NCBI GenBank assembly: GCA_976551045.1
Contig: CDPCPM010000681.1
Span: forward strand, 1 to 64,000
Origin: Glaucostegus cemiculus
Taxonomy: Eukaryota
Direction of reading: 5' to 3'
DNA length: 64,000 nt
Shown here: positions 11,881 through 22,306 of the stretch, in pieces
Layout: each line of letters begins with the position of its first letter
Numbering within the stretch: position 1 is the stretch's first letter
Program-made: the position numbers and the translations under genes
The notes under the pieces: generated by a model
Databases searched by the model: none
The model's input: only the letters and a program-made list of their open reading frames with translations
What the model was told of the DNA's origin: nothing

Positions 11881-12563
11881 GCGGCACTTGGGGTGGAGGG
11901 TTTTGCACCGGGCGGTGCCGTGCAACCGATTCCTGAGCCGGTTCACCGACACCCCGGCCGACTGTCACTTCTGCGGCCGGGAGGAGACGGTGTTCCACGT
12001 GTACGCGGAGTGCGAGCGGCTGCAGCCCCTCTGTGAATACCTGAAGGGGCTGCTGCTGAAGTTCTGGCTACACTTCAGCCCCACGCTGTCCATCTACGGG
12101 CACCTGGTGCGGTGCGGGGCAGAGCGGGGCGTGCGGAGGACCTCTTGGCGGGTCTTCTGCTGGGGATGGCCAAGCTGGCCATCCACGGGACGCGGCGTCG
12201 GGCCGCCGAGGGTTCCGGCTGGTCGGCCTGTCTGCCCGTCTTCCGCGCTTACGTCCGTGCGTGGGTGTCCCTGGAGAGGGAGCACGCGGTCTCTGCGGGC
12301 ACCCTGGATGCGTTCTGCGCGCAGTGGGCCCCTGGGGGGGGTCGCGTGTGTCGTGGAAGGTGTGAACGCGATTCTTATTTGACATGTCGCGTGTTACGGG
12401 TTTAGCGTTGCGTGAGTTTTCTCTGTAGTAGCGTGTTTATTTTCCTGTAGTTGTGTTGTTGCTTAGTTTTCATCCTGTATTAGGTGTAGTCCGTTGACAC
12501 CGGTTGTCATTCTGTAGTGCTGTTGTATGTTTTTAGTGAATAAATGTTGTATATTAAAAAAAA
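11881..12563 (+). mobile_element. 5'-truncated Tx1-type LINE (ORF2 C-terminus, 3' UTR, poly-A)
   Basis: LGWRVLHRAVPCNRFLSRFT..CHFCGREETVFHVYAECERL zinc knuckle; frameshifted LLLGMAKLAIH; AATAAA 12539-12544; A8 at 12556-12563. Confidence 0.88.
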
Positions 12564-12709
12564 GGGTCGGTACTGAGTACTGAGGGAGGGTCACACTGTG
12601 GGAGGGGGCGGTACTGAGGGAGGGTCACACTGTGGGAGGGGGCAGTACTGAGGGAGGGTCACACTGTGGGAGGGGTTGTGTTTCAGATAAGATGTTAACC
12701 CAGGCCCTG
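12564..12709 (+). repeat. Right arm of the 34-bp minisatellite, passing into non-repeated Deu-SINE sequence
   Basis: About 3 units, then tttcagataagatgttaacccaggccctg, which resembles Deu tttcggatgagacgttaaaccgaggcccc. Confidence 0.8.
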
Positions 12710-13433
12710 TGTTACGAAGTAGCTTACTATAGGCAAATATCCCTTTAAGATGGGACATTGTGTGTGTGTGCAACGTATTACGTCAACAGAAGATAAGACG
12801 AACATGATGAGGTCATTACAAGAGAGAAAAAAGATAAGAGAGAGACAGACAGACAGATGGAGAGAGAGAAGAAGGAGAGACGGCAGCCTGTTTTGTTTCT
12901 GTCGATGGATGAAGGACAGTAACTGTGTTTGTCACTAAAATCCGTGGATGGATTTCTGGAGTAGTCCAGTGGAGTTCACTTTGTCGGTAACCTGTAGAAG
13001 GACACAGGTGTTTGCATGGACAGTCACGATCCAGGAGTTTTCAGGGTGAGAAAGTCACTACCGAGTAAGCCCTGAAGTGTCGTTTGAGTTCCGAGTGGAA
13101 CATTTGGATTTCGTGATTCCTCTCTAATCTCTCTCTATATCTATGTTTTGTCTTCGGTGGACGGTGCTTGTGAAGAAGCCTTTATTCGTGTCATCTTACG
13201 GCTTATTGAACTGAACTTTAAGAACTAATTCCTGGACTTTGAGTTTAGGAATTCGACACGCACACACGACAAGTAGTTTTGGGGTTATAGTTTAAGATTC
13301 TAATATTTTATTGTGTACTAATATACTAACTTTTTATTCTTATTTTACGTATTATCGGATGTAGTTATTAATAAAGTAGTTTTAACACTGAAGTAGGAAT
13401 TGGTGTGCTTCTTTTGTTGCTGGTTTCGTAACA
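12710..13433 (+). mobile_element. Solo LTR (probably Gypsy-type), 724 bp
   Basis: Termini TGTTACGAA...TTCGTAACA (TG..CA, 9-bp inverted repeat); TSD CCTG at 12706-12709 and 13434-13437; AATAAA 13370-13375. Confidence 0.85.
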
Positions 13434-13565
13434 CCTGTCTGGCAGTGTAGATTATCACCCGGGGAGCAGGGGGTGTCCGCGAAGACCTGAGAACCAGTCT
13501 CCACTGACATCACAAAACGTTTCTGGTCACTTTCTGTTGGATCTTCCTGTGCCGTTAATGTTCCA
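13434..13565 (+). mobile_element. 3' continuation of the interrupted Deu-domain SINE
   Basis: cctgtctg..gagcagggg..catcacaaaa..ctggtcac..gttggatcttcctgtgc in the same order as the copy at 52.6-52.9 kb. Confidence 0.6.
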
Positions 13566-13656
13566 CTGGTGAACTTCGCTGAGAAACCCCGTCACGTCCG
13601 TTTTCTCCTCGCCCCTGTACATCCTCTTTCCCCCCAGACCTGCCCCCCCGCACCTC

Positions 13657-13727
13657 ACTGTCTCTCTCTCTGTTTCACTGTCTCTCTCTCTCTCTCTGTT
13701 TCACTGTCTCTCTCTCTCTCTCTCTCC
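13657..13727. repeat. (TC)n microsatellite with ctgtttcactg interruptions
   Basis: Directly visible. Confidence 0.9.
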
Positions 13728-14284
13728 ACTGCAGGGACAAGAGTTATGATCTTTTTGCTGGGTCTATCTTAAGTGAATCTTTTACTTCCCCCAGTCCTAC
13801 CTGTAATATCCCACCAGCATTGTGCACAATCGCTGAATAACCAAAGGTTTATTACATGTTTGACAAAACACCTTGACCTTTAATTTCTGCCCAGTTAGGT
13901 CTCGAGCTTTAGTGAATGAATTAATCCATCCAACCTCGTGTGACTGTTGTATCTACAATGTGAGAGGAGAGCAGAGTACGTGGGAGTGAGAGAACTGGAT
14001 GGGAACGTCAGGAGCAGTGGTCCCGTGGACGTTGGCACCAGTGTGGACCATTGTTTGAGGGAGATGTGGACGGGGCAGTGGTGGGACACAGGCAGGACAG
14101 AGGCTGATCGCCCTGGTGACACCTTCAGTCAGGGTAACGGTGACCAGTCAACCTGCCAAACCCTCTGGAGCCTTGGAGCTGCCTCCGTCCCAGATACACG
14201 GGGCCTCCACGTGTTGTCAGAACGTGAAGCTTCAATACCTCCTGCTTCACACTCCAGGTGGTGAGAATTCCTGGCTGGACAGTT

Positions 14285-14890
14285 TCCGTGGGGAGGTGGA
14301 GGGATGGGGACTGAGGGAGGTTCCGTGGGGAGGTGGAGGGATGGGGACTGAGGGAGGTTCCGTGGGGAGGTGGAGGGATGGGGACTAAGGGAGGTTCCGT
14401 GGGGAGGTGGAGGGATGGGGGGTGAGGGAGGAATGGGAACTGAGGGAGGGATGGGGTGAGGGAGGAATGGGAACTGAGGGAGGGATGGGGTGGTGGAGGG
14501 ATGGGGTGAGGGAGGGATGGGGACTGAGGGAGGTTCCATGTGGAGGTGGTGGAAGGATGGGGTGAGGGAGGGATGGGGACTGAGGGAGGGATGGGGTGGT
14601 GGAGGGATGGGGACTGAGGGAGGGATGGGGACTGAGGGAGGGATGGGGTGGTGGAGGGATGGGGACTGAGGGAGGGATGGGGACTGAGGGAGGGATGGGA
14701 CTGAGGGAGGGATGGGGTGGTGGAGGGATGGGGACTGAGGGAGGGATGGGGACTGAGGGAGGGATGGGACTGAGGGAGGGATGGGACTGAGGGAGGGATG
14801 GGGACTGAGGGAGGGATGGGGACTGAGGGAGGGATGGGGACTGAGGGAGGGATGGGATGGTGGAGGGATGGGGACTGAGGGAGGGGTGGG
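14285..14890. repeat. G-rich minisatellite (ggggactgagggagggat and longer variants)
   Basis: Directly visible. Confidence 0.92.
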
Positions 14891-15046
14891 TAGTGGACTG
14901 GAAGGACCGACACCCTACCACAGGGCAGCAGTAACCAGGGCTGGATCTCAGCAAAATGGTGGAAGGGTTGTGTAGACACGGAGCCAGACCTACAGATGAG
15001 CAGAGGCTGGGAACCCCGCAGAAAGAGCCCCCTCCCCTAACTACGG

Positions 15047-15317
15047 TATCTTTATCTTTATCAGTCACACGTACATCGAAACACGGTGAAAGGCATCGCT
15101 TGTGCAGAGTGTTCTGGGGGGCAAGTGTCGCCACGCTTCCGGTGCCAACACAGCACGCCCACAACTTCCTAACCCGTACGTCTTTGGAATGTGGGAGGAA
15201 ACCGGAGCACCCGGAGGAAACCCACGCAGACACGGGGAGAACGTACAAACTACTTATAGACAGCGGCGGGAATTGAACCCGGGTCTCTGGCGCTGTAATA
15301 GCGTCACACTAACTGCT
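15047..15317 (-). mobile_element. Young tRNA-derived V-SINE, tail type 1
   Basis: Reverse complement of the copies at 20.05 and 24.4 kb. Confidence 0.88.
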
Positions 15318-15327
15318 GCTGATCCTG

Positions 15328-15842
15328 TCCACCATCTACGGGCTCAAGTCAGGAGCGTAATGGAACACTCTCCACTTGCCTGGGTGAATGCAGCTTCAAC
15401 AACACTCACAGCTCAACACACACAGGACACAGCAGCCTGCTCGATGGGCACCCCACCCACACCCAGTCACCCACTCCACCACCCACACATGGTAGCTGCA
15501 GTGTGTACCATCTACAGGACGCACTGCAGCAACTCACCGAGACTCCTCAGACAGCCCCTCCCAAACCCACCGCCTCTCCCAGCTCGAAGGACAAGGGCAG
15601 CAAAAGCACGGGGAACACCACCCCCCGGGAGTTGCCCTCCGAGCCACACACCGTCCCGACTGGGAAATCTATCCCCGTTCCTTCACCGTCACTGGGTCAG
15701 AATCCTGGCACTGTGGGTACACCCACACCTCAGGGACTGCAGCGGTACAAGAAGGCAGCTCACCCCCCACCTTCTGAAGGGCAGCTCGGGATGGGCCATT
15801 AACTGCTAGCTCAGCCTGCGAAGCCCACACCCCTTGAATGAT
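15328..15842 (+). mobile_element. CR1-group LINE 3' fragment (AQVRSVMEHSPLAW family; inverted copy at about 38870-39380)
   Basis: RT C-terminal peptide AQVRSVMEHSPLAWVNAASTTL; homologous minus-strand copy in the window. Confidence 0.75.
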
Positions 15843-15879
15843 GTCAGTCAGCGAGAGGAGGGGCGCCTAACTCCTGCTG

Positions 15880-18800
15880 CCCAGAATGGGGACAAGGCAG
15901 GGCAGGGAAGACCCCCACATCTGGAGGAGGGTGAGCTGGCAACGGCAGTCCCCTGCCATCCAGCTGTGGCTGTCTTGGACACGATGGGCAGAATGTCCTC
16001 CCTCGGTCCCGCACTGGGGCCCTGCTGCCCCGCGATGTTTGTGTGGTTGAGGCAGGCTGTTTACCGCCGATCTACACCCAGTGCAGCAGCTGTTGTTTTC
16101 TCCAGGATCCTGTTGCCGGGAGACCGGGGCTGTCCCCTGAGTTAGACTCTGGAACTGTGGGCATGGATCGGTGTCCCGCTGTGGGTAGTGTTGGGGGAAG
16201 AAGACGGCTGGCCCTGGTGTACAGCGGGCCAGGCTGTAGGGCCAGGGGACCTGCGGGACATTCTGTGACCACAGACGAGGCGACCTCTGATCCTCAGAGT
16301 CTGCACCATCCACATTTTATTCTCCCCACATTGCCAGCGATTCCACAATCTGAATTCCAAACACAATACAGGTGTGAAAAAGGCTCTGAGATGGGTGCGT
16401 GAATGTGCAGGGATGTGGGCGTTGTGTATGCAGAGGGGCCTGTTCCCGTGCTGTCTCGTTCGATGGTGCCCGTCGGCTCCCGTGTACCAGGGTGTCTCCA
16501 ACCAGTCGCAGAACAGTCTCAAGGGGGTCGGGAGCAGCCGGCGCTGGTCGTTCCCATTGGTGCCAATGAGACGGGTCGGAGGAGGGAGTGAGGTCCTGCG
16601 GAGAGAGTATTGGGAGTTCGGAGAGAGGCTGAAAAGGCCGACCTGGAGGGTTGGACTCTCTGATCAATCCTGGAGCCACACACCGGTGAGGGACAGGGTA
16701 GGTGAATGAGTGGCTGAGGGGATGGAGCAGGAGGGAGGGATTCAGGTACGGTACTTGGACCATATTCTGGGGCTGGGGTGACCTGTACAAGAGGGACAGG
16801 TTGCACCTGGACCGGAGGGGACCAGTATCCTGGTGGGGAGATGGGTCTGTGTTGCTCTGGCTGTGGGGGGAGACACAAAGCGGTAGGGAGGCAGGTGGGC
16901 AAGCTGAGGCCAAGCATAAACGTTGAAGCAAGTTCGGTGGACAGGACAGGTGGGGGCAGGGGGTAGGGGATGGAGCAGGGGACAGGGGGCAGAGTGTGGG
17001 GTACACGGGGCAGGGGACAGAGCAGGGAACAGGGGATGGGGCAGGGGACAGAACAGGGAGCAGGGGATGGAGCAGGGGGCAGAGTGTAGAGTACACGGGG
17101 CAGGGGACAGAGCAGGGAGCAGGGGACGGAGCAGGGGGCAGAGTGCAGGGTACACGGGGCAGGGGACAGAGCAGGGAGCAGGGGATGGAGCAGGGGACAG
17201 GGGGCAGAGTGCGGGGTACACGGGGCAGGGGACAGAGCAGGGAGCAGGGGACGGAGCAGGGGGCAGAGTGTGGGGTACACGGGGCAGGGGACAGAGCAGG
17301 GAGCAGGGGACGGAGCAGGGAGCAGGGGACGGAGCAGGGGACAGGGGGCAGAGTGCGGGGTACACGGGGCAGGGGACAGAGCAGGGAGCAGGGGACGGGG
17401 CAGGGGGCAGAGTGTGGGGTACACGGGGCAGGGGACAGAGCAGGGAGCAGGGGACGGGGCAGGGGACAGGGGGCAGAGTGTGGGGTACACGGGGCAGGGG
17501 ACAGAGCAGGGAGCAGGGGACGGAGCAGGGGACAGGGGACGGAGCAGGGGACAGGGGACGGAGCAGGGGACAGGGGACGGAGCAGGGGACAGGGGACGGA
17601 GCAGGGTACAGGGGGCAGAGGGCAGAGGAAGGGCTGATTTTGATGCGAGGAGCCCGGCAGGTGAGGCAGGGGAACTCGGGCCACAGATCGGTGCCCGGGG
17701 CTGGGACGTTCCAGGGACTCGCTGAGTGGTGGGCAGGACTGGCAGCTCAGTGCTCCCAGGACAGGCGCTCCGGGTCGGGAAGTGAGGAGAAGCGGGATTA
17801 CTTGTGTGATTAGGGAGAACATCAGAGAGGATATTGTGTGGGGGGGGGTCACCCAGTGAGACTGCACAGGTGGAACTGGGAAACAAGAAGGGGTGATGAC
17901 CTTGGACTGTGTCTGTGCCCCTCTCCCCAGCAACCGGTGGGAAGTGGAGGAGCAGATGTCCACAACAGACTGATGGGGCTGTAACAGGCGGTGATTGTAA
18001 TTCCCCTCACCGAGACTGCTCTAGTGCTGAGGGATGAGATGAGGCAGAACGTGTTGGATGCATCCAGGAAAGTTTCCTCACATAACATGTCGACAGCCCT
18101 GGTGGAGAGGGGGCAATGTGGCCCTCCGTCGGGAAGTGAGGCAGAGCAAGTGACCGAAGCCTCAGTGGGGCAGAACCGTGGGACCACTGAGCACAACTCC
18201 CTGGGTTTTACAATAGCTCTACAGGATAGGGCTGGTGTTCGAGTCAGAGTCCTAAACTGGGGCAAGGCCAACTTTAATGGCGTCAGACAGGAACTTGCAA
18301 AGGTTGATTGGGAGAGGCTGTTAGCAGGTAAAGGGATGTCTGGCAAGCGAGAGGCTTTGAAAAGTGAGATGGTGAGTTCAGGGGCAGTGTGTTCTTGTCA
18401 GAGTGAAGGGCAAGGCTGGCAGGATTAGGGAACCCTGGCTGATGAGGGATATCGAGGCTCTTGTAAGGGAAAAATAAGGAGGTGTATGTCAGGTGTAGGC
18501 GGCTGGGATCAAGTGACTCTGTTGAGAGGTGTAGGAGTATACTTAAGAGGGAAATCTGGAAGGCAAAGAGGGGACATGAATATCCTGGGCAGATAAGTAA
18601 AAAAGGATACTAAGAGGTTCTTTAAGTATATTAAGAGCAAAAGGGTAATGAGAAGAGAATAGGGCCCCAAAGGATCGATGTAGTTGCCTGTGTGTTGGAG
18701 TCACAGGAGACAGATGAAATCTTAAATGAATAGGTCTCCTCAGTATTTACCGGGATGAAGGTCATGGATACGAGGGAATTTGAGGAAGAGAACAGTGATG

Positions 18801-18990
18801 TCTTGAAACATATCCACATTACCAAATGGGAGGTGTCAGAGGTCTTAATGTGCATAAAGGTGGATAAATCACTGGGGCTTGACCAAGTGTATCCTAGAAT
18901 GTTGTGGGAAGGTAGGAAAGATATTGCAGGGGCCCTGGCAGAGATAGCTATATCTTTAGCCACAGGTGAGGTACTGGAGGGTGGATGCTA
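15880..18990 (+). mobile_element. Degenerate long CR1 LINE: ORF1 esterase remnant (about 16440-16900), internal minisatellite, ORF2 endonuclease/linker remnant (about 17630-18990)
   Basis: EVLRREY.EFGERLK and NEWLRGWSRREGFRY..FWG.GDLYKRD.LHL (CR1 ORF1 SGNH esterase); VLNWGKANFNGVRQELAKVDWERL and IKVDKS.G.DQVYPRMLWE (ORF2). Confidence 0.75.
16950..17620. repeat. G/A-rich minisatellite (ggggcaggggacagagcagggagcaggggacggagca and variants)
   Basis: Directly visible. Confidence 0.93.
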
Positions 18991-19362
18991 GAACATAGGA
19001 CAGTACAGCACAGAACAGGCCCTTTGGCCCACAATGTTGTGCTGACATAGTTATTCCCTCCTACCTACAGAATCCCCATATCCCTCCATTTTCTTCTCAT
19101 TCATGTGCCCATCCAAGCCCCTCTTAAAAGCCCCCAATGAGTTTACCTCCACCACCCCATCAGGCAACACATTCCAGGCATCCACCACTCTGAGTAATAA
19201 ACCTACCCCCCTCACCGTAAATGCACACCCTCTGGTTTTGGATCGCTCAGTAATGGGAAGCTATTGCTTCTCCACCCTGTCTGTGCCCCTCATAATTTTA
19301 TACACTCCCAACAGATCCCCCCTCAGACTCTGCCGCTCCAGAGAGAAGAGCCCAGGTTTGTT
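18990..19362 (-). mobile_element. CR1 LINE 3' end, minus strand
   Basis: agaacataggacagtacagcacagaacaggccctttggccc tail, then ORF2 C-terminal sequence. Confidence 0.75.
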
Positions 19363-19379
19363 CAAGGAAGACTCAAAGT

Positions 19380-19918
19380 CTCTCAGCTCCAGAGACCCGG
19401 GTTCAATCCCGACCCCTGGTGCTGTCTGTGTGGAGTTTGCACGTTCTCCCAGTGACCACAGGGGTTTCCTTTAAAATTTTTTTTAATTTTATTTACAGCG
19501 CGGTAACAGGCCCTTTTGGCCCAACGAGTCCGCGCCGCCCATTTTAAACCCCCAAATTAACCTACCTGTATGTCTTTCAGAATGTGGGAGGAAACCCACG
19601 CAGACACGGGAGAACGTACAAACTCCTTACAGTCAGCGACGGGAATAGAACTCCGATCGCTGGCGCTGTAACAGCGCCGCGCTAACCGCTACGCTATCAT
19701 GCCGCCCAAATCCCATCCTCCCACATCCCAACAACGTGGGGGTCAGTGGGTTAATTGGCTGCTGTAAATCGCTCCCCAGTTTGTGGGTGAGGGGTGGGAT
19801 CTGGGGGGAATGTGGGAGGATAAAGTGGGATCAGTGTCAGCCCAGTGTAAATCAGTGTCTGAGGGTCAGCACAGACCCAGTGGGCCAAAGGGCCTGTTTC
19901 TGTGCTGCGTGACTATTA
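19380..19918 (+). mobile_element. Older HE1-like V-SINE interrupted by an antisense younger SINE
   Basis: B-box gggttcaatcc and V-domain up to 19470; resumes at about 19710; ends with gggcctgtttctgtgctg. Confidence 0.7.
19477..19706 (-). mobile_element. Young tRNA-derived V-SINE, tail type 2 (CR1-like tail)
   Basis: Head and V-domain related to type-1 copies; 3' part gggccaaaagggcctgttaccgcgctgtaaataaa. Confidence 0.82.
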
Positions 19919-20050
19919 CTATTCCCTTTGGAAAGCTCCTGTTGAATCTGCCTCCACCAACCTCCAGGCACGTGCTCGATCACAGCAACTTGCTGTGAAT
20001 CAAGATCCACATCTTCCGTCACTAGAAAAAAAATAGGTCTTATGTACTCT

Positions 20051-20325
20051 GGCAAAGCAGTAGTGTAGCGGTTAGCGTAACGCTATTACAGTGCCAGCAA
20101 ACCGGGTTCAATTCCGGCCACTGTCTGTAAGGAGTTTGTACGTTCTCCCCGTGTCTGCGTGGGTTTCCTCCGGGTGCTCCGGTTTCCTCCCACATTCCAC
20201 AGACGTACGGGTTAGGAAGTTGTGGGCATGCTGTGTTGGCGCCGGAAGCGTGGCGACACTTGCGGGCTGCCCCCAGAACACTCCACGCAAAAGATGCATT
20301 TCATTGTTTCGCAAATCTTATCTTA
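20051..20325 (+). mobile_element. Young tRNA-derived V-SINE, tail type 1
   Basis: A-box tagtgtagcgg, B-box gggttcaattcc, V-domain gggtgctccggtttcctcccaca, tctta tail. Confidence 0.9.
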
Positions 20326-20431
20326 AAACGTCTCATGCTGGTGAACACCTCAGTTCCATCTCCACCTTCTCAGCTTCAGAAACATTTGACACAATCTGCA
20401 GAAAGTTTCTTTGCTATAACTTTGATATGAG

Positions 20432-20437
20432 TTTATT
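20432..20437 (-). terminator. Polyadenylation signal AATAAA of STX2
   Basis: tttatt on the plus strand at the distal end of the AT-rich UTR. Confidence 0.65.
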
Positions 20438-21403
20438 CTGAAATTTAACAAACATAATTTACATTTCCAAATAGTAATGCAGTACAATGGTAAATTATAG
20501 CCTTAACATCAACACAGAATCTCACAATTCTCACGTTTGATTTGTGTTTTAAATGGAAGAATATTGTCTTTCAGAAAAGACTGCACAACTTGTGAAAAAA
20601 GATAGTTTTTTAAAAAAGTATAACTTGAAAAACAGTTTTGTGCAAAATGGTGATAACGTAAGTGACACGGGGACCGTCTCCAAGTCTCAGAATGCTGCTA
20701 CAATAATTTGATTTGAGTGTTGAGCAAACATTAATGTACACATAAAGTGATTAGTAAAGCAGTAAATGTCATATTTACAAGAGAGTTAAAAAGGTTCTCT
20801 AATTTCTTTTGGAATTTTCTTTTAAAACAATTGTGCACCGTCTAAGCCTCTAAAACTTAACCTACATATAAATTTAAACATTTAATCTGCACCAACAGAT
20901 ACACACAGGCATTCCAAAATCAGTGACATGCTCACCTAGTCTAAAGATGAGGGTGTAACAAGCTGTTAATGCACAAGATAGCTATCAGAATGGCTTTTCC
21001 TTCAATCTGTGTAAACACAAGCTGGAGTAGAATTTATGAAGTACAATTATTCCTTACGTTTGCTAGAGTTTTTCAAAAAAAAAGTGCAACTAAGTGGTGC
21101 CGCAGGAGCTGAATGCACATCGTAATCCAAAGACTCAACTCTCAATAACGGTCCTAGCTCTTACTGTGGAATCCAGAACACAGCCATTGAGAGTTAACAG
21201 TCCTTAACTGAGAGTTAAAAGACCAATGGGGCAAAAATATTTAACCAAAGCACTTTCTGTAGTGAGCACTGGTCACAAATGAGGCTGGAGCTGGAACTCA
21301 GTCTGGCCTTCGTCATTTCCAGTTATCGGCAAGGCATTCCCAACATTATGGGTTTTCAGCATGTTTCTTGCTCTGTGTGAGTGTTTGTGTCTGTCTGTGA
21401 GTG

Positions 21404-21604
21404 CTCACACCGCCCAGGTTACTGGAGTGGTGTGTGCGTGTGTGTTTGTGTTGACACAGGCCGGGTTACTGGAGTGGTGTGTATGTGTGTGTGTTCACAC
21501 AGGCTGGGTTACTGAAGTGGTGTGTGTGTGTGTGAGTGTGTGTGTTCACACAGGCCGGGTTACTGGAGGGGGGTGTGTGTGTGTGAGTGTGTGTGTTCAC
21601 ACAG
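21404..21604. repeat. Minisatellite (cacacaggccgggttactggag + GT runs) in the STX2 3' UTR
   Basis: At least 4 units running into the gap. Confidence 0.85.
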
Positions 21605-21838
21605 NNNNNNNNNNNNNNNNNNNNNNNNNNNNNNNNNNNNNNNNNNNNNNNNNNNNNNNNNNNNNNNNNNNNNNNNNNNNNNNNNNNNNNNNNNNNNNNN
21701 NNNNNNNNNNNNNNNNNNNNNNNNNNNNNNNNNNNNNNNNNNNNNNNNNNNNNNNNNNNNNNNNNNNNNNNNNNNNNNNNNNNNNNNNNNNNNNNNNNNN
21801 NNNNNNNNNNNNNNNNNNNNNNNNNNNNNNNNNNNNNN
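21605..21838. other. Assembly gap (234 N)
   Basis: Run of n. Confidence 1.
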
Positions 21839-22225
21839 GAGGGGGCTGACTTGCCACTGTGTGTGGATTGGGTGCCAACCAACCATTGTTCAGACTCTCC
21901 TCAAGCGGCAACTACAAGATCAACACTGTAAATCAACGGAACCTTTATCGTGTAAACAGTTTCCAAAGCAAGTCGTTAACTTAAAAAAATATTTAAATGA
22001 TATAAAAATGTTTAAGTATTGTACAAACTAGTCAATTAATGGCAGTAATCGCTTTGGTATCAAGCATCTCACAGCAACTCTTTATGCATTTAGTTGTGTC
22101 ATCACTTAACCGAGACCGCAGCGGCGAGGGGCTCAGCCAGAGCGTGCGGGCAGACCGATTCCGCGGAACGGGGCGGAGTGAGTCCTCCCAATTACCTGTC
22201 ACCAGGGTGGGGGGTGGGGGGGCTG

Positions 22226-22306
22226 CTACAATCCGACCGTCACTCCTATGATAATTGCAATAACCACCAGGAGGACCCCGACACAGATCATGATCAGGAA
22301 CATTTT
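22226..22306 (-). CDS. STX2: Syntaxin-2 terminal coding exon, transmembrane anchor (KMFLIMICVGVLLVVIAIIIGVTVGL*)
   Basis: Pyrimidine tract then tgcag| acceptor, phase 0; 26 mostly hydrophobic residues, TAG at 22226-22228; exons sum to 867 nt = 288 aa plus stop. Confidence 0.92.
   Translation of the reverse strand, partial: KMFLIMICVGVLLVVIAIIIGVTVGL

Larger units (their letters stand above)
20415..22225 (-). other. STX2: Probable STX2 3' UTR (contains a minisatellite and an assembly gap)
   Basis: AT-rich, repeat-poor sequence after the stop, ending at AATAAA; the 3' end is approximate. Confidence 0.7.

Noticed and set aside
13895-14260. Possible old L1-like C-terminal remnant on minus
   Set aside because: Similarity too weak to call without an HMM search.
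20051-20125. tRNA gene
   Set aside because: A/B boxes run into a V-SINE body present several times in the window; no full cloverleaf.
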